Assembly (NCBI GenBank): GCA_002269645.1
Contig: NIVC01000725.1
Coordinates: forward strand, 310,296 to 374,295
DNA from: Macrostomum lignano
Lineage: Eukaryota
Length of the DNA: 64,000 nucleotides
Direction: 5' to 3'
Position numbers and translations under genes: made by a program
Shown here: piece by piece, positions 45,461 to 56,355 of the stretch
Position numbering within the stretch: position 1 is the stretch's first letter
Layout: every line of letters begins with the position of its first letter
The notes under the pieces: generated by a model
Databases searched by the model: none
Told to the model about the DNA's origin: nothing
Seen by the model: the letters and a program-made list of their open reading frames with translations, nothing else

Positions 45461-48422
45461 ATGCTACTAATAGTAGTTGCAGTCTTGGCTTTACTGCTGC
45501 CGGCAGCACGAACTGCCATGTTGGATGCGCTGACCGCTTCAGCTTGCAGGCCCGGCTCAGTGGCTCTGGCGGCAGCAGTCAGTGCGGGAAGCTGCGAATC
45601 TGGCAACCTGCCAGTAGCCGGCTGGGAGACTCGCTTCCTGCGCGCTTTCGCTGCGTTTCACGCCGCAGAGCTGGCGAACGCGGATCCCAGCTTGGCGTTC
45701 GCGAACGCGTCGGGGCCAGCGGGATATCCGGCTTTGGGCCTCGTCTACCGGGACACCTGCTGGCGCGAGGACGTTGCGGCAGAGTTTGTCCGACGCCTGG
45801 AGCCGCACTGGCTCTATCCGGATGTGTACACTGGCAACTCCAGCGGCCTCTGCCGTCTGAGAGGTCAGCCCGGCTCTCGGCCGCTGTACTTCGTCCTGGG
45901 CCTTGTCGGCGGCTGGTACAGCTCGGAGACGCGAACAATGTCCCGCGTAGTGCAGCTTTCCGGCCTGCCGCAGGTGGCCACGGAGGCGAGCAGCGATCAG
46001 TTCAGCGACAAGTCCGAGTTCCCCAACCTGTTCAGGCTGGTGCCGCCGGACTCTTATCAGTCGCGCGTGCTGGCCGACGTTATTCTGCACTTCGGCTGGA
46101 CCTACGTTGGGCTGTTCTACGCAGACACCGCCAACGGCAGCGGTCTGGCTTTGAAGCTACGAGAGGCGCTGCAGCCAACCAGAGTCTGTCTGGCTTTTTC
46201 CGTCGGAATGAACAAGTTGGTCACGAAGGATGTTCTGCTAACAAAGCTCAGAGCTGCTCAGGCCATGCGAGTTCTGGTTGTGGTGGAGCAATTGTACAAC
46301 CTGCCGAAAGATGTTCTGGAGTACATTGGCAGCAGAGGCATTCTGTTGATTCTGACAGACATCAACTTTACTGGCTTTAAGCACTACAGTAAATACGCGC
46401 TCACTGTATCCTTCAAGAGATTTCCTGCGCCAAGTATGATGGAAAAGTACCTGAACTTCACCTACTCTGACTTTCTTCGCTACCCCTATGGCTTAGAGAC
46501 TGCCAGAGCGCTTTTCAACTGTTCTGTCTGCACAAAGTGTTGTCAGTTGAACTCAAGCATAAGAGCTGGTTCAGTCTCCAAGTTCAACGCATCGGCAGTG
46601 ATAGTTCCCGCTGCCAGAACTATTGATGCTGTACACTCCATCGCTAGAGCGATTAGCCAGGTAGCTACAGGACCAAACTGCTCAGCATATTTTCGCAATC
46701 GATTCGACGAGCCATTAATAAGCTGCATGACAAGCGACAAGTTGCTGTCAGCGTTGCGTTCTCAAAACTTCACCGGGCTGGCTGGAACTGTTGGCTACGA
46801 CTCACACGGAGACGGCCTGCCGAACTACGTGGTTGAGCAGCAGGTGTCGGATGCGGATTCTGACACTCGAGTGGTTGCATCCTGGCAGGCTGGCAGTGGG
46901 TTAACTGTGCACTCGGACAGGCTTACCTGGCCTGCTGTCCCCCAGTCCCGGTGCAGAGAGCCCTGCTCTGCCGGCCAGTACCGCATGGATCTGGACATCT
47001 GCTGCTGGCTCTGTCGGGACTGTCGAACCAACGAAATTGTATCGAGCAACGGCAGTCTTTGTCTGGCTTGTGAAGCTTTCCAATGGCCGTCGGCGGACAG
47101 ACTGAGCTGCAGTCCACTGCCCGTCACCCAGCCTGGCGGAGCTGTCGCGATCTACGCTATCAGCGGAGTCGGTTTCGTCTCTGCCGTCACCTCCGCAGGC
47201 TTTGTTGTCTGGCATCGCGGAGATCAGCTGTTGAAGGCGTCTTCGATAGAGCTGAGCCTATGCAGTCTGGCGGGAATCGCAGTGGGTTACGCCGACGCAT
47301 TCGCCTTCATGTGGCCTCCGTCAACGCTGCTGTGCAACCTCAAAAACTGGCTGTTCCACCTTAGCCTGACGCTGGCTTACGCCAGCCTGTTTGTCAAGAC
47401 CGCCAGAATCTACCGGGTGTTTGCGAACTCAATGAGCGGTAGATCGAAAACCAGGTTCACGAGTCGCGCGTCTGTGCTCGCTGGAACCTTAATTATTCTT
47501 ATGGTTCAGGTGAGTAAATATCGTTCAGATTTTTACGGATATTCAAGAAACTATGGTTTATTAATAAATTCAGCTGCATTTTGTAGGAACTGCACTTACA
47601 CTGCACTCTCTGCCCCAGGAGGTTCATGACTCTCTTGCCTAAACTTGCTTATTATTTACTAAGTCTCAACCATCACTTCACCTCCACCCAAATATCTGCA
47701 GCAGTTCTTTGCAGCAGCTTTATTATCGTTGTAATTTTTTTGTTGTCCTTCGATTTTGAGGGCCACAGTGTGGTCAGAAAGTATATAAATATACTTGCCC
47801 CTCAGCGCCACAACAAACGCTCTAGGGAGGCAAACGTAGACTTCACACACATTTCTTATTAGTTACCCAGGTACGAACTTTTTCCGAATCCTCTAAGCGC
47901 CATTTGCATTCTCAGGCAGTCATTCTGACGGTGCTGACGTTGCTACAACCGATCGAGGTTATCCAGCTGCAGACGTCTGCTGTTCAGTCGTCAGACAGCT
48001 CAAAACCGGCTTCAGTTGAAGAGGACTGCAACTTCGTCCTTCAGATGACCGGCTGGGCTCCCCTAGCCTTCAATTTGATTCTGGTCCTAGCCACATCCGG
48101 GCTGTCGTTGCGAACCAGACACCTGCCGGAGAACTTTCACGACACCAAGTGCATCCTGGCGAGCTCAGCGTGCGCCGTGTTCCTCTGGACTGCCTTCGTG
48201 CCGGCCCTGCTGACTGCAGGACAGCTCGCCACGCAGTCCCTGCTCCTCTGCTTTGCTCTTCTATCAACAAACACCCTCGCCCTGGCGGTGCTGTTCGGGC
48301 CGAAGTTCTACGCGATTCTGGTCGGCTCAAGTAGGCATGGAAACTTCAATTTCTATGGAGGCGCCACTGTGCGCAATTGTGCCACTGCTGATAATGCCAC
48401 AGAGGATCCTGGAGATAAGTAG
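45461..48422 (+). CDS. Class C GPCR, metabotropic glutamate receptor-like; exons 45461-47509, 47916-48422
   Basis: Signal peptide, Venus flytrap (DTC, FSDKSEFPNLFRLVPPD, FGWTYV), Cys-rich domain (PQSRCREPC..CCWLC..C...C..C...WP), 7TM with VKASS-like LLKASSIELS, KTARIYRVF, LPENFHDTK, LFGPKFY. Confidence 0.92.
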
Positions 48423-48985
48423 TGATTTGGCAAAGACTGGAAGCTGGTAACGGCCAGTGGAGTTCCGGTTTTGACCAGTGTAGAAATGTTTAAAGTTTCA
48501 CCCCTCCCCGTCTCGCTCAGTCCCAATGCTATGAGACAGACTTATAGTAGTCACTTACCGCAGATGAAACCTACAAGGTAAAATGTTGGTGAGTTGATCT
48601 TTAAGTTTTACGTCCAGCTACTCTAGAAGACTCTGTTGTACCTCAAAAATCAATGCCTACACTGAAAAAAATATAACTTGAGAAAAAAATATTGTCTTAG
48701 ACTGCTCTGTGTAGATTTTTTCTGGCAAAAAACACAAATTCCTGTATTAAAGCAATGAGTTTCTCTATTAAAAACCTGCTATAAAGAGTTCTGCACAATC
48801 GTTGTAAGATTGTCTCGGTTGACAGTGATATGATTTTTTGTTGATATCTAATCCAAGATCCCTAGAAAGTACAAGTACGCATGGGTTCTTCATTTATAAG
48901 AAATTGCTTTAAAGGTAACAAACTGTAAAGTAGGTAAGTTGAAACAAACAATGCAATGAAATTACCAATTTTTTTGAGGAAGCAT

Positions 48986-50790
48986 TTTAGCACCAGGGGC
49001 TTTAGCACCAGGGGCTTTAGCACCAGGGGCTTTAGCACCAGGGGCTTTAGCACCAGGGGCTTTAGCACCAGGGGCTTTAGCACCAGGGGCTTTAGCACCA
49101 GGGGCTTTAGCACCAGGGGCTTTAGCACCAGGGGCTTTAGCACCAGGGGCTTTAGCACCAGGGGCTTTAGCACCAGGGGCTTTAGCACCAGGGGCTTTAG
49201 CACCAGGGGCTTTAGCACCAGGGGCTTTAGCACCAGGGGCTTTAGCACCAGGGGCTTTAGCACCAGGGGCTTTAGCACCAGGGGCTTTAGCACCAGGGGC
49301 TTTAGCACCAGGGGCTTTAGCACCAGGGGCTTTAGCACCAGGGGCTTTAGCACCAGGGGCTTTAGCACCAGGGGCTTTAGCACCAGGGGCTTTAGCACCA
49401 GGGGCTTTAGCACCAGGGGCTTTAGCACCAGGGGCTTTAGCACCAGGGGCTTTAGCACCAGGGGCTTTAGCACCAGGGGCTTTAGCACCAGGGGCTTTAG
49501 CACCAGGGGCTTTAGCACCAGGGGCTTTAGCACCAGGGGCTTTAGCACCAGGGGCTTTAGCACCAGGGGCTTTAGCACCAGGGGCTTTAGCACCAGGGGC
49601 TTTAGCACCAGGGGCTTTAGCACCAGGGGCTTTAGCACCAGGGGCTTTAGCACCAGGGGCTTTAGCACCAGGGGCTTTAGCACCAGGGGCTTTAGCACCA
49701 GGGGCTTTAGCACCAGGGGCTTTAGCACCAGGGGCTTTAGCACCAGGGGCTTTAGCACCAGGGGCTTTAGCACCAGGGGCTTTAGCACCAGGGGCTTTAG
49801 CACCAGGGGCTTTAGCACCAGGGGCTTTAGCACCAGGGGCTTTAGCACCAGGGGCTTTAGCACCAGGGGCTTTAGCACCAGGGGCTTTAGCACCAGGGGC
49901 TTTAGCACCAGGGGCTTTAGCACCAGGGGCTTTAGCACCAGGGGCTTTAGCACCAGGGGCTTTAGCACCAGGGGCTTTAGCACCAGGGGCTTTAGCACCA
50001 GGGGCTTTAGCACCAGGGGCTTTAGCACCAGGGGCTTTAGCACCAGGGGCTTTAGCACCAGGGGCTTTAGCACCAGGGGCTTTAGCACCAGGGGCTTTAG
50101 CACCAGGGGCTTTAGCACCAGGGGCTTTAGCACCAGGGGCTTTAGCACCAGGGGCTTTAGCACCAGGGGCTTTAGCACCAGGGGCTTTAGCACCAGGGGC
50201 TTTAGCACCAGGGGCTTTAGCACCAGGGGCTTTAGCACCAGGGGCTTTAGCACCAGGGGCTTTAGCACCAGGGGCTTTAGCACCAGGGGCTTTAGCACCA
50301 GGGGCTTTAGCACCAGGGGCTTTAGCACCAGGGGCTTTAGCACCAGGGGCTTTAGCACCAGGGGCTTTAGCACCAGGGGCTTTAGCACCAGGGGCTTTAG
50401 CACCAGGGGCTTTAGCACCAGGGGCTTTAGCACCAGGGGCTTTAGCACCAGGGGCTTTAGCACCAGGGGCTTTAGCACCAGGGGCTTTAGCACCAGGGGC
50501 TTTAGCACCAGGGGCGCCAGCACCAGAGGCGCCAGCACCAGGGGCGCCAGCACCAGGGGCGCCAGCACCAGGGGCGCCAGCACCAGGGGCGCCAGCACCA
50601 GGGGCGCCAGCACCAGGGGCGCCAGCACCAGGGGCGCCAGCACCAGGGGCGCCAGCACCAGGGGCGCCAGCACCAGGGGCGCCAGCACCAGGGGCGCCAG
50701 CACCAGGGGCGCCAGCACCAGGGGCGCCAGCACCAGGGGCGCCAGCACCAGGGGCGCCAGCACCAGGGGCGCCAGCACCAGGGGCGCCAG
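48986..50790. repeat. 15-bp satellite: about 100 identical AGCACCAGGGGCTTT units followed by about 18 AGCACCAGGGGCGCC units
   Basis: Direct reading; explains the KPLVL/GFSTR ORFs. Confidence 0.98.
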
Positions 50791-51347
50791 GCCGTCATAT
50801 AATTTTAGCAGAGAGTTTATGGGTCGAGGGTTTTCCTGTTTTTTTAGAAGATATAAGCTGTCCTCATTTCTTTTCTAGTCCTTGATGTTTCCTTACCCTG
50901 CTGTGTACCTGTACTACACGAGCTATAACATTAATTACTTACACAAAAGTACTTTGGACTTTCCCGTGTACTCTGGTCACGAGAGGAGAAGCTTCCTTTG
51001 ATTAAATACCCTGCAGGGATCAGGATTAGGATGGTGGATTTTTTGTTTAGTCGATACCAAATCCTGAATGTTAGACTCCTGACAGCTAAATTATCGGTGG
51101 AAATTGGCTTGCACAGAAAGCAACTGAGCTGCTTTCGGCATCGATACGAGCTGGGAAAATAGCTGTGACTGCATATTTGACTCTGCGAAATCGACTTTCA
51201 ACTCACCGTTGCTACGCTCGCATTACTCGATGCTAATACAGATTCGATGTAATGATTTGTTTCGTAATTATTATCTCTGAGGAATTAAAAACCTTAGATC
51301 TCCGTCCTTATTTGAGAATCTGTCTACTTTTTCACGAGCCATTCCTC

Positions 51348-51432
51348 GATCACTCTTTTATCCTTAGGTCACTCTTTTATCCTTAGGTCACTCTTTTATC
51401 CTTAGGTCACTCTTTTATCCGTGGGTCACTCC
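51348..51432. repeat. Short 20-bp tandem repeat (GGTCACTCTTTTATCCTTA-like)
   Basis: About 4 units. Confidence 0.8.
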
Positions 51433-51461
51433 TTTTACAACTCTTTTTATCCGTGGATTCT

Positions 51462-52045
51462 ACAACAACAACAGAATACGCAGTTAGCGTCACAGGGCGC
51501 GCTTCAAGGCCCGGCCGCCGGTAGGGTGCCTGCAGCGTTAGCAGCAGCACCTCCTGCACCGGCTGTGGGCAGTACTACTCGGCGCGGATGATATGGCCTG
51601 CCACCTGGAGTCGCCGACGGCGCAACAGGTCGCTTGGACAGACTAGGCCGGCGCTGTGATACAAAGCCGCGTTGGTCACTCGCTCGATCGTAGCCGATCT
51701 TGAAGGCGGCGAGCAGCAGGCCAGCGTGCGCCGCGTCAACTTGTTGCTCGAGCGACTCCGTCACCGTCCAGGTCTCGGCGTTGTACAGCAGGACGGTCTC
51801 GATCACCGCCTGAAACAACGCCGCCCTCTGGCGGTCAGGTAAGGCCTCGGACTGCATGACTGTCTTCACAGAACGAAAGGCAGCCCAGGCAAGCCCGCGG
51901 CGACACCGCAAATCCTCGCGGACGCCGCGAACCAGACCGCCGAGGTAGACGAACTGCTGACAACGCGGAAGCTTTGTCGCCTGTCCATCAGCGCCTCGGC
52001 ACAAAATCGGAGCCTCGATGTTTGTCCGGCATGCAGAGCAGGGGA
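51462..52045 (-). mobile_element. 5'-truncated RTE-clade non-LTR retrotransposon (RT C-terminal part)
   Basis: FVYLGG...RRGLAWAAF...LFQAVIETVLLYNAETWT; (GTT)n tail on the minus strand at about 51462-51473. Confidence 0.85.
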
Positions 52046-52965
52046 TTATGGAAACACGATGGCTCTTATTATAATAAAAATTTAAAAGCTCTGGAAATGT
52101 TAATAATGAAAAATCCCGCACGGGTGTCCATAGTCAACTGTTGTCATCTTTTGAAGGTGCCGACTGCGTCGGGGTGATGACGGAATGCTTGAGAGACCAG
52201 CTGAGGATGTTCAGCAGTTGAGGCTTCATCAGCGAAACTCGAAAAATTCGCAATAGGGTACACAAAGTCACCTGGTGCCACCTGTTGAAGGTCCAGAAGC
52301 TCCGCCTGGGTGAAGGCTAGTAGCTATAAAGTCAGAGCTGATGCAGACGCATGCGGTCGACGTGCTGATGAAATTTGGAGACTTGGCAAGGCTGCAGTGA
52401 GGCGCAGTGCTGATTGGCGCATGCAGGGGTGTACTGAATATACTAGCGCTTATGGGAAAAATCCGACCTTCTGGCAGAATCGTTGAATATCTCGACGGTC
52501 CGGAGGGCTGGCGATTTGATTCTTGTTTGAGAAGGTGCGCAACAAAAAGTCAGCCCGTGTTCTTGAATTTCGTGTGCCTGCGTTGCTTCGTTCCGGCGCA
52601 CCAAAAAATTGTCAGGGAGAATCCCCCCCGGTAGTTCTACTGTCAAGCCATTCTTTCATCTGCATGTCACTTCAAAATCGCTCAAAGTTCTCGAAAACTG
52701 AATGAAAACTGGATTGGGTGGCTTATACTCGTAAACAGGTGGCTTACAGGTTTCGCATCTCGAGTTGGCTTATCAACTTTTTTCAATGAGTTTACATGGG
52801 GAAATATCCGACATGTTTGCGAACGATCATAGTTCGATCGTTTCAATTGTTTGACAAGAAGTTGACAGTGCGGCTGACAGATTGAAGCTTATAGTGACGA
52901 CCGCCTACGCAAAGATTCGTGTCAGAATGGCTCAAGCCCATCAGGTGAACCAGGTGCAAAAAGTC

Positions 52966-52973
52966 TATATAAG
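52966..52973 (+). promoter_or_regulatory. Candidate TATA box of the Cys-rich peptide gene
   Basis: TATATAAG about 80 nt upstream of the ATG at 53049. Confidence 0.5.
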
Positions 52974-53048
52974 AGAGAGATCTGTTCCGAGCCAAGCGTT
53001 CAATCAGTCCAAGGCAACTTCTAAGCGCGCCTAATCTGTTCAGCAAAA

Positions 53049-53670
53049 ATGTCCGCCGCCTGCAAAACCGCCCTCGTCGCGATCTTCATGCTCGCCAGTT
53101 TAATCTCACTGGGACTCGCCGCCAGTCATGCTGAACTGATGGAGCTGCCGGCTGCTGCAGTGGCCAAGTCCGGCATCCAATTCGCTAAAAGGATTCGCAT
53201 GGACAGTGAGTCATACTTGAACTGGAAAGGCCAAACCCCCCCCTCCCAATAGAAAGTCAGGACCGATGTGCAACCATGAGTGAACGGGGCTGCCTGTGTG
53301 TCAGAAAACGATAAAAAATGAAAGATAAGAGCTACAATTTCAATGAAAAAAGGACTATTAGAGACAGAAAGCTAGATAATGTACAACACGCTCGTGGAAA
53401 GTAAATAGCAGGAAGGCAGGAAGGCAGTACTAACCCTGGTGCAACGCCTTCGTCTGGTGTTCGTCTGACACGTGATACATCGTTTGACACCTTTACAATG
53501 TTGCCAGCGCCCCCCCTCTCTTCACTCCGATTGCAGCTCACCGAGCATTTGTACCGTTCTGCACCTATCGTTGCGAGATGCACTTTGGTAGGGAACGGGG
53601 CTGCGTCGGCTACGTCAATCAGAAGGAGGGCAACTGCCTGTGCGCCTGCCCCCGGCCTGCTGGCAACTGA
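53049..53670 (+). CDS. 96-aa secreted Cys-rich prepropeptide (defensin/mytilin-like); exons 53049-53205, 53537-53670
   Basis: Phase-1 intron A|GTGAGT...TTGCAG|CT gives MSAACKTALVAIFMLASLISLGLAASHAELMELPAAAVAKSGIQFAKRIRMDTHRAFVPFCTYRCEMHFGRERGCVGYVNQKEGNCLCACPRPAGN*: signal peptide, pro-region, KR site, six Cys. Confidence 0.78.
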
Positions 53671-54027
53671 TTAACCGATTCGCCGTTGGCTGACAGCTCA
53701 CCGGAAAATGCGCTTAAATGCTACGCACCGATTAATAGATATTTTCCGCACATTCCCAATTAGATATTTCTCGGCAAGACTGAGAAGTTTTATCATTTAC
53801 CATTTTAAAAGCAAGTTTGTAAGTTAATCAAATCAGCCAATGGACAGAAATACTCCGGACTAACTATAACCTACTACTGTACAGTAGAATGACTTGAGTT
53901 TAGTTTTTATTATTTTAACATCATCAACAATACAACATTCACTTACAGCGCATATGAAAGTGATTGCAGCTGTATGATTGATAGCTGAAGTAGTGAAACT
54001 TCTTTGAGAGCTTCTTCACATATATTA

Positions 54028-54292
54028 ACAGAGATTCACAGAGATTCACAGAGATTCAAAGTGATTTACACAGATTCACGAGATTTACAGAGATTCACAT
54101 AGATTCACAGAGATTCACAGGGATTTACAGAGATTCACAGAGATTCAATGTGATTTATAGAGATACACAGAGATTCACACAGATTCACAGAGATTCACAA
54201 AGATTCACACAGATACACAGAGATTCACAGAGATTCACACAGATACACAGAGATTCACAGAGATTCACAGAGATACACAGAGATTCACAGAT
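54028..54292. repeat. 10-bp satellite (AGAGATTCAC), left arm
   Basis: About 26 units including the AAAGTGATTT variant. Confidence 0.93.
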
Positions 54293-54954
54293 TTTGTATT
54301 AATAAGCAATGTTGGAAATCCAAACTTCCACTTTCTAAGAACCGCGTTTAGTTGAGAGGAAAATCGTTCTAAAATGAAAGCAGCAATGAAAAGCAACTGC
54401 AGTTAGAAATGACATCTAAGTAGCTACGCGCGTAATTAAAGTGCTTAATTTACAAGCAGATAAGAGTTGAAATACGTGTTAAAAGGTAGATTGCAGAGTT
54501 CGGAGCAACAGACGTCATTAGCTTGACAACCACGATCCCTTCTGATCGAATTTTGGTCAGGAATGTTGCTCCGAACTCGTGACCTGTTTGAGGGCATCCT
54601 CAAATTAAAGTACAATTAACAAATGGAAATTTCCGAAAGTCTATTGGGTGACACTTAAATTAAATAAATGCGTGTGATTCGTTATTGAGTATCGATTAGA
54701 AAATAAGAATGTCTAACTAATATGAAAAAAATGTTCAATCTATTAGTTACAGTGACAATGCAAATGTGCTTTAGTTATTAGCTGACCTATTTTTGGATTG
54801 CTACTGGAGCGACTGTATATAAATATGAATTAGCACCTTTGCTCCATGCAATGATGTTTTTAAAATGATGTTTCACTGCACGTTTCATAACAGAAATATA
54901 TTGAATACTTAGCAATATACAGCTTACGTATATACGCTTGTACATTGTGATGGC

Positions 54955-56256
54955 TGTGAATCTCTGTGAATCTCTACGAATCTCTGTGAATCTCTGTGAA
55001 TCTCTGTGAATCTCTGTGAATCTCTATGAATCTTTGTAAATCTCTGTGAATCTCTGTGAATCTCTATGAATCTCTATGAATCTCTGTGAATCTCTGTGAA
55101 GCTCCGTGAATCTTTGTGAATCTCTGTGAATCTCTGTGAATCTCTATAAATCACTTTGAATCTCTGTGAATCTCTATGAATCTCTATGAATCTCTGTGAA
55201 TCTCTGTGAAGCTCTATGAAACTCTATGAACCTCTGTGAATCTTTGTGAATCTTTGTGAATCTCTGTGAATCTCTGTGAATCTCTGTGAATCTCTGTGAA
55301 TCTCTATGAATCTCTGTGAATCTCTGTGAATCTCTATGAATCTCTATGAATCTCTGTGAATCTTTGTGAATCTCTGTGAATCTCTGTGAATCTCTGTGAA
55401 TCTCCGTGAATCTCCGTGAATCTTTGTGAATCTCTGTGAATCTCTGTGAATCTCTATAAATCACTTTGAATCTCTGTGAATCTCTATGAATCTCTATGAA
55501 TCTCTGTGAATCTCTGTGAAGCTCTATGAAACTCTATGAATCTCTGTGAATCTTTGTGAATCTTTGTGAATCTCTGTGAATCTCTGTGAATCTCTGTGAA
55601 TCTCTGTGAATCTCTATGAATCTCTGTGAATCTCTGTGAAGCTCTATGAATCTCTATGAATCTCTGTGAATCTTTGTGAATCTTTGTGAATCTCTGTGAA
55701 TCTCTATAAATCTCTGTGAATCTCTGTGAATCTCTATGAATCTCTGTGAATCTTTGTGAATCTCTGTGAATCTCTGTGAATCTCTGTGAATCTCCGTGAA
55801 TCTCCGTGAATCTTTGTGAATCTCTGTGAATCTCTGTGAATCTCTATAAATCACTTTGAATCTCTGTGAATCTCTATGAATCTCTATGAATCTCTGTGAA
55901 TCTCTGTGAAGCTCTATGAAACTCTATGAATCTCTGTGAATCTTTGTGAATCTTTGTGAATCTCTGTGAATCTCTGTGAATCTCTGTGAATCTCTGTGAA
56001 TCTCTATGAATCTCTGTGAATCTCTGTGAAGCTCTATGAATCTCTATGAATCTCTGTGAATCTTTGTGAATCTTTGTGAATCTCTGTGAATCTCTATAAA
56101 TCTCTGTGAATCTCTGTGAATCTCTATGAATCTCTGTGAATCTTTGTGAATCTCTGTGAATCTCTGTGAATCTCTGTGAATCTCTGTGAATCTCTGTGAA
56201 TCTCTGTGAATCTCTATAAATCACTTTGAATCTCTGTGAATCTCTGTGAATCTCTG
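54955..56256. repeat. 10-bp satellite (GTGAATCTCT), right arm, inverted relative to 54028-54292
   Basis: About 130 units; AAATCACTTT marker at 55148, 55458, 55848 and 56218. Confidence 0.96.
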
Positions 56257-56355
56257 AGGTGCTTTTGGTTTTACTTTTAGAGAATTAACGGTAATTAACC
56301 TTGAAGTCGTCGCTTCCGATTGCAATCCCTAGAAAAATATACGCAGTAATTAAAG

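Noticed and set aside
45544-46380. Alternative-frame and antisense ORFs over GC-rich genes (also 8222-9233, 20749-21294, 33261-33914, 56366-56898)
   Set aside because: Shadow ORFs of genuine coding exons.
48862-50878. 638-640-aa ORFs (KPLVL)n / (GFSTR)n
   Set aside because: A 15-bp satellite lacking stops in some frames; no coding evidence.
52100-52700. Minus-strand coding-like pieces (LLAFTQAELLDLQQ, RDIQRFCQKVGFF)
   Set aside because: The frames are fragmented and no family is recognisable; possibly a decayed gene or element.
52843-53046. Metzincin-like motif in HLVHLMGLSH
   Set aside because: It lacks the HExxH spacing and Glu, and is antisense to the peptide gene promoter.
53049-53252. 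Unspliced 67-aa neuropeptide precursor (SGIQFA-KR)
   Set aside because: It reads through a consensus GTGAGT donor; the spliced form gives a coherent six-Cys domain.
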